NCBI GenBank assembly: GCA_951406725.2
Contig: OX597835.1
Coordinates: forward strand, 31,868,001-31,932,000
Length of the DNA stretch: 64,000 nt
Direction: 5' to 3'
Source of the DNA: Octopus vulgaris
Lineage: Eukaryota
How positions within the stretch are numbered: position 1 is the first letter of the stretch; every line of letters starts with the position of its first letter. Shown piece after piece: positions 11,294-24,909 of the stretch. Made by a program: the position numbers and the translations under genes. The notes beneath the pieces are model-generated. The model was not told the origin of the DNA, made no database searches, and worked only from the letters and a program-made list of their open reading frames with translations.

Positions 11294-11332
<39 letters not shown>

Positions 11333-11928
11333 TAATATATATGTATGTATACATATACACATATATGTATATATATTTATATATTATATATATATAATAT
11401 ATATATATATGTACATACATATATATATGTACATATATATATATATACATATATATATATTTATATGCATTTATACACACACAAATAAGTTCGTATGTAT
11501 TCACGTATGTATCCCTTTATGTATGTATGCACGAATGTATCTATATGCACATATAGACATATACATATATACATATACACATACACATATACATAACACG
11601 TTTCTTTTCATGTTGATATACTGATATATTACAAAATCGATTTATCATTATAATTCATGTCTATTCATTTAATTTTTGCAGATTATATAATATATATATA
11701 TATATATATATACATCTAATCATATATACATACGCCCACATACTCCCACACACGTACACACACAAACGTACAGACATATAAACACTCTCATATATACATG
11801 CACACATACACGACTGGCTTCCATTCAGTTTCCGTCCACGAAGTCTACTCACTCACCATGTGACTACAGCGCCTCGTTCAAGTTGCCGTGTGGTGGTACT
11901 TAACATGAAACCATTTGGTTACACAATG

Positions 11929-11982
<54 letters not shown>

Positions 11983-11986
<4 letters not shown>

Positions 11987-12225
11987 CATAAATATAAGAG
12001 GGAATTTTTTAACCACTATGTTGAAACCCTTATGCTAGAAGAAGATCCGCTACGGTCGCAACCACTAAGAATTGTTCTCCAGAAAATTTAGCACGCCAGA
12101 ACCGTCTTGTTCGCTTACGTTTCTGGTGTGCTAAATTTTCTGGAGAGCAATTCTTAGCGGATCTTCTTCTAGCATAAGGGTTTCCACATAGTGGTTAATA
12201 AAATTCCCTCTTATATTTATGTATG
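11983..12225. repeat. Fold-back palindrome (~110-120 bp arms, 11 nt loop) next to (TA)n
   Basis: 11983-12105 is the reverse complement of 12117-12225, apart from a 15 nt insertion in the left arm and a few substitutions. Confidence 0.9.
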
Positions 12226-12329
12226 AAATACTATTTATCGAATCTCAGTTTTTTATATGCTAGACCACTGGTGTTAAAATTGATGTTATCAAATTTAATA
12301 TCTAATTTTTTCACCCTCATTTTGATTAT

Positions 12330-12394
<65 letters not shown>

Positions 12395-12649
12395 GAGATA
12401 GATATAACTTAATCCAAGGGCATAATACACTGATGATAACTACAGAAATCAACCGTCCGAAGGCAAACGGGATAAGACACACATTCAGCATACATTCGGG
12501 TATTTGGATTCACGTGTACCGTTTTTCTGCACTGGCGAAAATAGCCTTAGCCCGCGCTATCATCATAGAGACTCTCAAACCGTCATGCTGATGTCTGCGC
12601 TGAAACGATACGTTTTGCGTCTAAATCATATATATATATATATATATAT

Positions 12650-13148
12650 TAATAAATAAATAAAATAAAACATATGCATATATATAAACATATATGTACG
12701 TACCTACCTCTACATGTACATATACACGCATATATGAGTACAGGACACCAAAAAGGACGTCGAACACAATGAGAAACGAAAACATAGACACAAAACAAAG
12801 GAACTGGACATTTATTTAAAAACAGCAAAAAAAAAAAATAGAATACAGGACAATTAACAGAAGGAAAAACCCCTTCTTAAGTCGCTAAAGCTTTCATCTA
12901 CTCTACGTTTCGAAGGATAAAAGCGAGACGTATCTTCGACAAGAAAACTTTCCTTCCTGCAAAAGCAAATCAATTAAAATTCTGAGATCTTTTCGCAGAG
13001 GGGTAAAAAATAGTAACAACAGGACAGTAACGACAGTGGAAATTGTAAACAGTATAGGATAGGACAAGGAAAACAAGATAAGAAGGGCTGTTGACGCCGA
13101 ACGAAAAAAGTATTGCAAACGCAGAATTTTTTATGGAGGACGAGCGGA
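12650..13148. mobile_element. Unclassified TA-embedded interspersed repeat
   Basis: Flanked by (TA)n; its terminal ~70 bp (aaataaaacatatgcatatatataaacatatatgtacgtacctacctctacatgtac) recurs almost identically at ~62390-62458. Confidence 0.55.
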
Positions 13149-13406
13149 GATATATATATATATAAGTGATATATTTATATATGAGTGTGTGTGAGTGTCT
13201 GTATGTGTTGTTTATTCTTGCATTGTTTTTACTTGTTCGAGTCATTTTACTGCGGCCATGATGGAGCACCCTCTTAAAGGGGTTCTTCTTTAGTCGAAGA
13301 AATTGAGTCCATGGCTTACTCTTTACCTATCACTTATTCTATCGCTGTCTGTTGCTGAACCGCTAAGTTACGGGTACGTAAACACACCAACGTCGCAAAT
13401 ACACTC

Positions 13407-13489
<83 letters not shown>

Positions 13490-13794
13490 GAGGCGCAATG
13501 GCCCAATTGTTAGGGTAGCGGACTCGCGGTCGTAGGATCCCGTTTTCGATTCCCAGATCGGGCGTTGTGAGTGTTTATTGAGCGAAAACACCTACTGCTC
13601 CACAAGTCTCCGGCAGGTGGGGGTGATCCCTGCTGTACTCTTTCGCCACAACTTTCGCTCATTCTTTCTTCTATTGGTCTGTTCGCTTAGCCAGCGGGGT
13701 GGCGTTATTTGAAGGCTAAAACAATGCGAAGCGCATTGTGACCTGCGATGTGTAGCAACATCTGATAGCCTGGTCAGTCACGGTGATCACGGTG

Positions 13795-13797
<3 letters not shown>
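13490..13797 (+). mobile_element. tRNA-derived SINE family S3, full length
   Basis: tRNA-like head ggcgcaatggcccaattgttagg...ttcgattccc; 3' end gtcacggtgatcacggtgat followed by (TA)n. Confidence 0.88.
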
Positions 13798-13852
<55 letters not shown>

Positions 13853-14034
13853 GTATGTGTGTGTGTGTGTGTGTGTGTGTGCATACATATATATATATAT
13901 ATATATATCGTATTTCTTTTTATAAGCTAAAAGCTTATAATGATCACCGTGCAAATGACTAAGGAAAATAGTCTTCCTTATAATGGAGTATCTAAGACCT
14001 GACAGTAAAAAATAGACTTTCGCGCACCGAAAGC

Positions 14035-14065
<31 letters not shown>

Positions 14066-14125
14066 GGTGTGTGCATGAATGTATGAATGTACGTATGTAT
14101 GTGTATATATATATCTATATACCTA

Positions 14126-14194
<69 letters not shown>

Positions 14195-14195
14195 A

Positions 14196-14250
<55 letters not shown>

Positions 14251-14254
<4 letters not shown>

Positions 14255-14392
14255 AGATTTTGCGAAAACAAAAGACGAAGACAGGTGGTGTACAAAACAA
14301 ACAGATGTATTAGTATAACGACCAGGAATAGAAAAAGTGTTTTACGTTTCGAACCTACGCTCTTCTACAGAAGGGACACAGAAAACAAGGAG
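14251..14392 (-). mobile_element. Short interspersed element, family H (HHR-like gaagagcgtagg.tcgaaacgt motif)
   Basis: Homologous to 30160-30352 (+) and 39070-39282 (-). Confidence 0.7.
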
Positions 14393-15048
14393 ATATAGAT
14401 AATTATCTATATACGTATGTATGTATGTATGTATGTATGTATGTATGTATGTATGTATGTGTGTGTGTATGTAAGAATTCATGTAATATCGATGATATTA
14501 TAAAAGAATGTGAAATTAATATTTGGATTTCGTTAAACTCATCAACTCGCAAATTGAACATAGTAAGCATTAAACCTGCTCTGCGAACTGATGTGAAAAT
14601 TTCTTCTGTATATATTTCTAGATTATCTTATGATGTTGCATGGAATATACGTTTCCCTTTTGTGCTTCTTGTACAGTAAGTCTTGTGATCCAATTTACAG
14701 AAAGTAAATTAACAAATTCTTCAAACTGAATTGTGTGGCTTCTCTGCACGGAATACTCAGTAACATATAAAGAAAAGAGTGAATAAGATTTTTAAAGATG
14801 GGGTTTAAGTGAAAGAAAAGGAGAGAAAAAGATTGAGAGAGGAGGGAAGGATATGGGTAGCATACATGTAAGAGAGGGGGGTTGAAAGCTAATGAAAAGA
14901 AATGTGGGAATTAACAGGTCAAGCACAGAGAGAAGCGTGCATGCGCATACACGCATGTATATACATGGATATCATTATACATACATGCATAAATACATAC
15001 ACACATACACAGATATAACACAGATTTGCATATGTAAACATATATAAA

Positions 15049-15114
<66 letters not shown>

Positions 15115-15374
15115 CATATATAAATTTAAAAATAAGAGATCTAAACAAATCTCAGTGCATGTTTAACTTCTGTTTATATATATATTTTTTTAATATATCT
15201 TCACCCGTGTGAAATAAAATAACTGTTTCCTCTATATAATTCTATATCTATTTCTATCCATCTCGCTGTCTCTCTCTAACTGTCTGTTTGTCTATCTATC
15301 TAACTATTTCTCTCGGACTGACTTGAGTACCTAATTCAACTGAATCTCAATTATTGCTTAACTCATCAACCAAA

Positions 15375-15442
<68 letters not shown>

Positions 15443-15446
<4 letters not shown>

Positions 15447-15585
15447 CGTGACCGACCAGGCTATCAGATGTAGCTACACATCGGTGGTCACAATGCATTT
15501 CGCATTGTTTTAGCCTTCAAATGACGCCACCCCCACTGGCTAAGCCGAAAGAAAAAGAGTGAGAGAAAGTTGTGGCGATGAGTGG
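15443..15585 (-). mobile_element. SINE S3 3' fragment
   Basis: Matches the reverse complement of 13650-13797. Confidence 0.8.
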
Positions 15586-16264
15586 AAAAATGCTATGAAA
15601 ATGATCGTTAAACAAAGGGAAATTACTGTGTGATTGACTGTTATTAAGACAAAAGAGCCATTTAATTGATCGAATGGGGTAAAAATGTACATAGTATTCG
15701 TGTAAGCGTGCATGTCCATACCTACACATACGCGCCCGCACACCTACGTACATGCACCTATAAGTATACACTCATCCACCCTCGCTTGAATCATACACAT
15801 TCTCACCCACACCATTCGCCAAAAAACCATATACATACATCCCCCCACACGTGCACCAAAAAGTTTCATACACACGTCTATATACGCACAAACACAAGAA
15901 AAAACATGGCCAAGGGCAACAATACAGGAAAAAGTGCAAGGAAGTATAAAAAATACTTCTTGACACTTTATAAGCATACATACATGTATACCTACATAAT
16001 AGTCATGTATACATAAAACAAAACATACAAATACGCACGTATACAACATGCATACATATATACGCATATACATACACACATACATACAAACAAAACTACC
16101 CTGTTGGTGTTGTTGAAATTCCAAAGAAGGAGCATTGGATCGAGGTTGGAAACCTTTCTCTATTGGCAAATCTTGGAATAAAACTGAATAGTAGCATATA
16201 TACATGCATACATATTTACATAAATACCTCACACACTCACAAACACACAAACACACACATATAT

Positions 16265-16495
16265 ATTTCTTTATTACCCACAAGGAGCTAAACATAGAGG
16301 GGACAAACAAGGAGAGACAAAGGGATTAAGTCGATGAAAGGCAAAGTCGACCTTGGCGGAATTTGAACTCAGAACGCAACGACAGACGAAATACATATTT
16401 CTTTACTACGAAATCCACTCATAAGGCTTTGGTCGGCCCGAGGCAAGTATAAGGCATTTGCCCAAGTTGCTATGCAGTGGGCCTGAACCCGGGCC
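16265..16495 (-). mobile_element. Adjacent SINE S2 and S1 fragments
   Basis: gaaaggcaaagtcgacc..cggaatttgaactcagaac (S2) then aaatccactca.aaggctttggtcggcccgaggc (S1). Confidence 0.75.
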
Positions 16496-16559
16496 TGAAC
16501 AGTGATTCCAGGTTCATAAATATATATATTTTCACTTACCATCAAATAAATACATTCAC

Positions 16560-16930
16560 AAGACTTTGGTCATTCTGGACGGGTCGACACTGCATAGTGC
16601 TAAAAATCCCAGCAATGCCACCGCACTTCGGGACCAGTTACTGCAACAGCCTGAGTTTCAAGGGCTCACAGCTTTTTAATATTCTCCTAAAGAGCCCGAG
16701 GAACCTGCGCAAAGTAGATGTAGGCGTTTTTAAATCAAGGCTGGACCTCTTCCTGTCGAGAATCCCAGATGAACCTACCTCACAACAGGTGATGAGGGTA
16801 GCTACAGCAAACTCCATTCTTCGCCAAGTGCCACATATTGGAGGAATCTCTCAAAAGTAACAGTGTAGTAACACGGTGATGCATCAGCGTGGCCGCAGCT
16901 CTGAGCTGAAACTACAGTAATAAAAGAAAA
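16560..16930 (+). mobile_element. 3' fragment of CR1-group LINE family L-A
   Basis: WTGRHCIVLKIPAM...YCNSLSFKGSQLFNIL..S.RNL..VDVGVFKSRLDLFLSRIPDEPTSQQ..R.A.ANS, then cagcgtggccgcagctctgagctgaaac tail. Confidence 0.85.
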
Positions 16931-17044
16931 ACATTATTATTATTATCATTGAGTGATAAAATATGTATTTAAAAATTAATAAATAAATAAATTCATGGAT
17001 GGATGTTATTTTCACAGCCTGGAATCATTATTATTATTATTATT

Positions 17045-17526
17045 GAATGAGAGAGCAGTTCATGCCATCAAAGTGACACTGGGGTAAAATATACGAAGCC
17101 CAATATACCCATCATGACTACCCGTCTGATAAAGGTACACCAGGCACATGCATCACAACCATATGTGCGCGACATGGTGATCTCATATCAAGATAAACAG
17201 CACATGACCTTGCAGGTGGGGCCCAGTTAGAATTTTCTTCAGGTTGAGTAGCCCATCCCGCTCAAACGGTCCCTGAATAAGGGTTGCTTAAGGATGTTGA
17301 AAGAACCACCCATGTTTCCAGAGGTGAACTATTCAAACCCCAAAGAATCCCTCTCAACACATGGCTATGGTGCTCCCCAACTACTTCTGCTCGTGATCAG
17401 AGATGCACATATCGTCAGCCACTAAGGGACATGTTCAACTGGTTAAGGTCAAACAACTGACAAGCAAATCTGTGGTATTGAGCAGAATATTTGCTGTAGC
17501 CCATCTTTTATACCAAGACAAAACAA

Positions 17527-17529
<3 letters not shown>
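17045..17529 (-). mobile_element. Interspersed repeat between (ATT)n tracts; possibly the 3' end of an RLE-type non-LTR element
   Basis: GC-richer 485 bp block bounded on both sides by (ATT)n; partial second copy at ~50745-50852 (gacaagcaaatctgtg.tattgagcagaatatttgct). Class assignment is inference. Confidence 0.55.
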
Positions 17530-17586
<57 letters not shown>

Positions 17587-17589
17587 CCT

Positions 17590-17771
17590 TTCTACTATAG
17601 ACACAAGGCTCGAAATTGTAGGGGGATGGGGTTAGCAGATCCTCAGTACACAACTGGTACTTAAGTCACAGGTCGTGAAAGGATGAGAAGCAAAGTCAAC
17701 CTCGACGGAATTTGAACTCAGAACATGAAGACGGACGAAATGCCTCTAAGCATTTTTCTTGGAGTGCTAAC
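17590..17771 (-). mobile_element. SINE S2 (diverged)
   Basis: gaaaggatga.a.gcaaagtc.acctcg.cggaatttgaactcagaac...gacgaaat.c..ctaagcattt. Confidence 0.75.
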
Positions 17772-18238
17772 AAAATGAAAAACAGGTTCAAAAGAAACAA
17801 AATGATTTAAAACTTATATAACTTGTGGAGAAATTCAAATATGTACACTACGAATTGAGCAAAGCGAACGAGTGTATCTCTTCACATGAAACAAACTTCT
17901 CTATCAAATTATGTAAGGTTTCTACAGCGTGATAAGTTACGGCTTTCGAAAGAAAAATAAGTTGAGAAGTAGAAACAAAAACAAAAAACAAAAAAGAAAA
18001 CAAAAGAAAAGAAAAATTGCAAATAAATAAAATGTCTGAAAATAAAGGAAAGAAATGAAGGAAAGAGAAAAAGGTTCGAGAACTTCCAATATAAGGAATT
18101 GAAGCCATTAAAGAATATGACCAAATCCGAATGAAGAAAATTACATCGAAATACGACTCTGTATGCGTGCGTGGATATACTTGTGGTCGGTTCCTGCTAC
18201 ATACCCCGCCTTACTTCATTGACTCATTATATACATAT

Positions 18239-18307
<69 letters not shown>

Positions 18308-18346
18308 GTATATATAATGTATATGTATATATAATGTATATGTATA

Positions 18347-18421
<75 letters not shown>

Positions 18422-18441
18422 GTATACATATATATACACGC

Positions 18442-18475
<34 letters not shown>

Positions 18476-18623
18476 GTATGTGCCTGTGTGTATCTGTGTA
18501 TACATACATATACTTGTTTTATTTGCATACATATACGTGTTTTATTTGCATATATATCTGCACGCGGTCACAGACACACAGACACACACATACATATATA
18601 CACGCGAATCTTTTCGTGTATAC

Positions 18624-18699
<76 letters not shown>

Positions 18700-19619
18700 A
18701 TATTTATATATGTATGTGTATGTGTTTATATATACATATGTGTTTCTGTGCATGTGTATATATATATATATATACATAGGTATGAAAATACATGCATATC
18801 GAATTTGATCAGATCTCAAAGCTACGTGCATCCAACACCTTAAGAAACCTCTGGAAAAGAGCAGACACGCGCACACATACATATACGCACACGCACGCGT
18901 GGGCATGCACACACACACACGCACATACAGGGATAAGCATAAGTAAACATCTCCTCTTAGCGTTCTTTAAATACACACACTGGCAACACTTGATGTTTTC
19001 GTATTTCACGACAAGAGTCAATAATAAGTTGCGTTAAGATCCTTTCAACTATAACTAATATACTAACTTATCGTCAAGAATCGCGCTTACCTAATATCCA
19101 TGGATTCTGCAGACAGCTTTCATATGATAAATATACACTCATGCAGATAAATAGATTAAAGTAAACACAACGTGAATCGTATCGTATATGTCATCTGTAT
19201 TTGCCTTTGTAAAACTAAATACCGGCCATTTTGGATCCAATTTTTCTTTTAATAACTGCCTCAATAGAATTTGAACAGGGCTGTTGCATTTTGTTAGAAT
19301 CGATAGAAAGTTGGAAGAAAGCTTTCAGCTATGTTTTTTCTTTCTCTTTCTATAGAGTCTTCATCTTATGTTACATTGAAATGTAGACGATTTCAACTTC
19401 ATAATTTTTGTTGCTAAAATCTCGAGCAAATATAGAAATATAGTACCAGTCATGTACTGGTGTTGATTGAATCGCATATGCCGACATTCAATGGATTCAG
19501 TTGGCTCGGACAGTAGACTCCAGTTTCACCGTCCAGCCGCCAGGCTCCGACAAGAGATGAAGTGATGGACTTCTTAGATTACACTACTGTCTATATATGA
19601 GTATATATATCATGTTCAC

Positions 19620-19815
19620 AGGCACAATGTCTGAAATTTGGAAGGGGAGAAATTTAGTCGATTACATCGACCACAGTATTCAGCAGGTACATAATTTAAC
19701 GACCACGAAAGGGCGAAACGCAAGTCGACCTACGCGGAATTTGAACTCAGGACGTAATGACAGACGAAATGCCGCTAAGCATTTTACCTAGGGTGCTAAC
19801 CATTCCGCCAGCACA
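19620..19815 (-). mobile_element. SINE S2 (diverged)
   Basis: gcaagtcgacc..gcggaatttgaactcag.acgta..gacagacgaaatgccgctaagcattt. Confidence 0.75.
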
Positions 19816-20228
19816 CTACCTTACACGCAGAGAATACGTAATCCTTGTCTATCTGTTCTTCAAGAATACCAACAACTTTCGGTAATGATATACATATACT
19901 ACTGAAATACAGATACTATATAAAAAAACAACTGTAATACTAACCTGTTCAGTCAAGTTCCGGCAGGTTCCATCAACTTCCGTCCTGTTAACAAGTATTG
20001 AAGCAGGTGAATCGGAATATCTTCGAAAAATCAGGAATCATTCCATTATATTATTTTCTCGCTTTGTTTGAATTATCACGATTTCGGATTGAAATATGTT
20101 CAATTCTGAAAATGTTTCTAAAAAGGATCTCATTATTTTCTTCATTTTTTTTATCTTTGCTTTAATGTACATCGTTTACTTATTGATATTCTTGGTTTTC
20201 TTTGAAATATCGGATTTTGTTCATATAT

Positions 20229-20259
<31 letters not shown>

Positions 20260-20260
20260 C

Positions 20261-20331
<71 letters not shown>

Positions 20332-20591
20332 TACAAACATGCATATACTATATAGATACAGGACTACATACACACATGAATACATATGTATTTACGTATA
20401 TATGCATATATGTATGTATATATATATATATGTGTGTGTGTGTGTATGTATGTGTGTGTGTGTGTGTGTGTATGTGTGTGTGCAATACATTCATACATAC
20501 ATACCCACCTGAAGGTGGTGCTCCAGCGTGGTTGCAGTCAAATGACTGAAAGACGCAAAAGAATAATAGACTACAAATATAGACACAGGGA

Positions 20592-20676
<85 letters not shown>

Positions 20677-21937
20677 CTTATACACTCAAACACACTAGGC
20701 GAAATTCTTGCGTGCCGAAAATTTGGAAGCATTTTGGCAAACATAATTACCATTTTGATAGTTGATATTAAGTGCTGCTTCTGTACAATGATGCCTAGGG
20801 GAAGACACGCAGGGTACTTGAGTAATTCACTTCACAATGATGAGTTCTCAGTTTCGATTCCAGTTCTTGGAGAAATCTCTCATATTTATCACTCTGATAG
20901 GTTTTGAAATTTTTTAAGGTTTATAAGGAATGCTCACCCTCATCGCACTCTTAATGAATGAATAATCTCATGATGTAATCGAACAATTGGATGAATATAT
21001 CGAATTAGACTTGCTATGACAATAAATTTATTCGATAGATTTATCTTGATTCAGATGCATGTCCAAAGAAGAATTTTCAAGGTTTCTATGATGTGTGAAT
21101 CATTTGATATCAAGTTTATTGTTTAATTTAATTTCGTTACTTACGAAAATATTATCATTATGCTCCATCTAATGTATTCTTTGTAACTGTAATTATTAGG
21201 GTCTATGCTGTACATAAAACAGAATTTGTAACAGAAATCTGGTGTATTCATCAAATGCTGTGGAGAAAAACAATACTTTTGCGCCGTGGCTTGGTGACGA
21301 GATGTAAAGAGTTCCACTTGACCTAACAGGTGATCATACAATATAGAGCTTCATGAATGAATAAAGTATTTGCAAGTTCAACTCCAGCAAATCTGAGGGA
21401 CGGTCTCTTAGACTATTTGCTTCATCCATGTATAAGTTAGCTTTGATCTATCTGAAACAAGTAGTATCTCACCTTCATGAGTATGCGTTTCTGATTCTTG
21501 GAGAGTATACATACATACTTACGTAAAGGAGCACTCCGTCGGTTGCGAGGACGAGGATCCCAGCTGACACAGATCTTTCACCTCACAGCTGTCAGTTTTC
21601 TGACATCTACCCATCCACAAACGCAATCACGCATTCAGACACACACATACACACATTAAGACAGTTATATACAGTCACACACACAGGCACTCATTCATAA
21701 AAGAAATCATTTAAACCCACCATTCTTTTGACCTGCACTTTCTCACCTTACTATTCTTATGCCTCCGTCCTCCTACTTCGTTTGAACTCTTGAACCTTTA
21801 GAAACTCCTAGATTCTTCTACATTCAGCCACTCTGACGTCACTCATTATAAAGAGACACTCATTATCGCCATGGGCTCCTTTAGAGCGGTCAGCTAAAAG
21901 TTTTTTGGGCATTTTGATGTCGACATAAGTTCCTTGA

Positions 21938-22020
21938 TTTTCCTGACGAGAAATCTGCATAATCTACTCCTTATTCATTCGGTATTAGGAATATGCAGCC
22001 TTCGAAACATATGTCGAGAA
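21938..22020 (+). ncRNA. Minimal type I hammerhead ribozyme with extended stem II
   Basis: ttttc-CTGACGA(21943-21949)-gaa..ctgcata..tatgcag..ttc-GAAA(22004-22007)-catatg-TC-gagaa: canonical core, palindromic stem III, GUC site at 22013-22015; ~30 nt upstream of (TA)n. Confidence 0.75.
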
Positions 22021-22044
22021 TAAAGGATATTTGTAAACTAACTC

Positions 22045-22106
<62 letters not shown>

Positions 22107-22126
22107 CGTTCAACTCCATTCTTTCA

Positions 22127-22184
<58 letters not shown>

Positions 22185-22436
22185 TACATATATACGTGAA
22201 GATGGGCAGGGATAAAAAATGTATAAAAGTAAGTATAGTATATAAGAGTAAGAGATGTAAAGGGTATAAAGAATAAAAAATATAAGAAATATAAATAAAT
22301 GTATATATATATAGAATGTATAGGGTTAAGGACCTAGCATGGTGTCAGGAGATTGATAAAGTTTAGTTGTAGAATTGTCAGAAATCAACAGTATATATAT
22401 ATATATATATATATATATGATATATATATATATATA

Positions 22437-22536
22437 GGTCTTTATATAATAGATTTCTCAAACAATATCACCATTAAACTTACCATATAGTATAACAATG
22501 AGAAAAAGCAGACAAAAAAACGAGATATATATAGGA

Positions 22537-22611
<75 letters not shown>

Positions 22612-23068
22612 TGAAACCAAAAAAAGATTAAATATTGACGTTTATATTTCAAGCAAAATATGGGGTGAGTGAACGTTGAAACGCTTTCGAGGCAATCAAA
22701 ATTTGATTTAAATATCATTTCGACAGAGAATACATGGGCGATGTCAAACATTTTGAAGCAGTTTATTACCCTCAACTTTTAGATTCACATCACTCTATTT
22801 CTTCATATTTGAGATTCTGACTTTTTTTTAGAAAATTTGAATTATGTTCAAGCATTATGAAAATTATTTTTGGGAATTTGATTTTTAAATGCGCCATTTA
22901 TATATGAAGGAAAGTTCAAATATATTTCTTCTGCATGTATCTCATTCTCTCACAATATTTTATTGCGTTTGTATCTCGTTTTTTTTTGTCTGCTTTTGTC
23001 TCATTGTGATACTATATGGTAAGTTTAAATGGTGATATTGCTTTGAGGAAATCTATTATATAAAGACC
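22437..23068. repeat. Inverted repeat pair (~90-98 bp arms) enclosing ~440 bp; MITE-like or fold-back element
   Basis: 22437-22527 (ggtctttatataatagattt...gcagacaaaaaaacgagata) is the reverse complement of 22971-23068. Confidence 0.8.
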
Positions 23069-23387
23069 CTTAAATCAGAATTATTAAATTGTAGAAATAA
23101 TTTTACATTGACATGTTCTCATAAATATAGAAAAAGGATTTTAATATTTCAATCTATAATTTAATATGCATAACTTTTCTGAAGAAAGTTTTAGCATACT
23201 TAATAGATAGATAACTACATGTTGTGACATACAATTGCTATGTTCTTTTTTTCGTTACTTACTGGCGTCTTCAAAAGTAAAATACTACACTGCCTTTGAT
23301 ACGAATCAGATGTCTTCTTAAATTTCTTTTTTGTGTACCTTCATATTTTCGAGATATTTTCTTTTCCACAGCAGGCTCCATATGACA

Positions 23388-23873
<486 letters not shown>

Positions 23874-24267
23874 CACAAAACAAAACAAAAATTAACGAGA
23901 ATACAGATCTCATCACCTTCAGGTGCTGAGCGGAGACACTGCTGATCACACCACGCTTCCAATTTTCTCGTGATTGCACCATTGATTTATCCATCTTAAA
24001 TTAAATTGCTTCATCAAATCGTCCTCGCGTCGATGTAGAGGACTAACAAACTACTTTTTTTTCCGATTCCATGGATACTATTAGGTTACATCATGTGTCT
24101 ACCTGTTTTTTGTGAACCTTGTATCTTCGCTAATCTGTGATCCCATTCTTCACTCCGCTCAGTTCTCAAATTATGTGAGTTCGAATCAGCTCTCTTAGTC
24201 ATGTTCCTAACATGTTTCTTTTCCTCATCTGTTGTGTCGTAGCCAATCGACGTTCTACCTTCTTCCT

Positions 24268-24656
24268 GGTTTTTCTCTCGAAAAACGACGACGCCGTGGT
24301 GATCTCATTCTCGCTCACAACATCATAAGCGGAAAGTGTAACCTCTCAAAAGAGCTGTTCTTCACTCCTGCTCCAGAGCGTTGGCTGCGGGGTCACTCCG
24401 AAAAGCTCTATCTACGACGATTTCATCTCAATCGAAGGAGAGAGCCTTTCTCCGTCCGGGTTGCGGATCCGTGGAATAAGCTGCCGGACGAGATAGTGAA
24501 GATGCCGACGACCGCTCGATTCAAAGATCTCTTGACCAGAATTGGCCTGAACTCTTTGTATGACCACCCTCTCTGTACATAACTCCCTGTCCCCCCTACA
24601 TGGCCTTGCTTTTGATTTTTGAGCCAATAAAAATTGAATTGAATTGAATTGAATTG
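24268..24656 (+). mobile_element. 3' fragment of a CR1-clade LINE (family L-B) with (AATTG)n tail
   Basis: FSLEKRRRRGDLILAHNII.G...LRGHSEKL...R...FSVRV.DPWNKLP.EIV......FK, typical CR1 C-terminus; ends aataaaaattgaattgaattgaattgaattg. Confidence 0.88.
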
Positions 24657-24909
24657 GTAGCCCATGTCTCACATATAAGAGCGCAGGAAGGTCGGTGCAA
24701 TTGAAGAGTCTGGCAAGTATGGGGTTATCTCACTTTGTTTAGATCATATGCTTTATGGAGCTAATGCTATAAATCTCATCCTTAGTCGCTTTGAGATTTC
24801 AACATCCATACCTCGGCGTCTATTCACTGTGTACTCTGGGTAGGAGTACTTATTTGCCTTCATGATTTCATCGCTTACCACCTGTATCAGGTCTTGTGAT
24901 ACAACAGGT

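Noticed and set aside
12425-12620. CTGATGA..GAAA at 12430 and CTGGCGA...GAAAcgatacgTT near 12532-12613
   Set aside because: The first lacks stems II and III; the second has a broken core and poor stem II, too degenerate to call.
20700-21520. Possible decayed RTE-like LINE on the minus strand (FFGH-like motif near 21060)
   Set aside because: Only one short motif recognisable; insufficient support.
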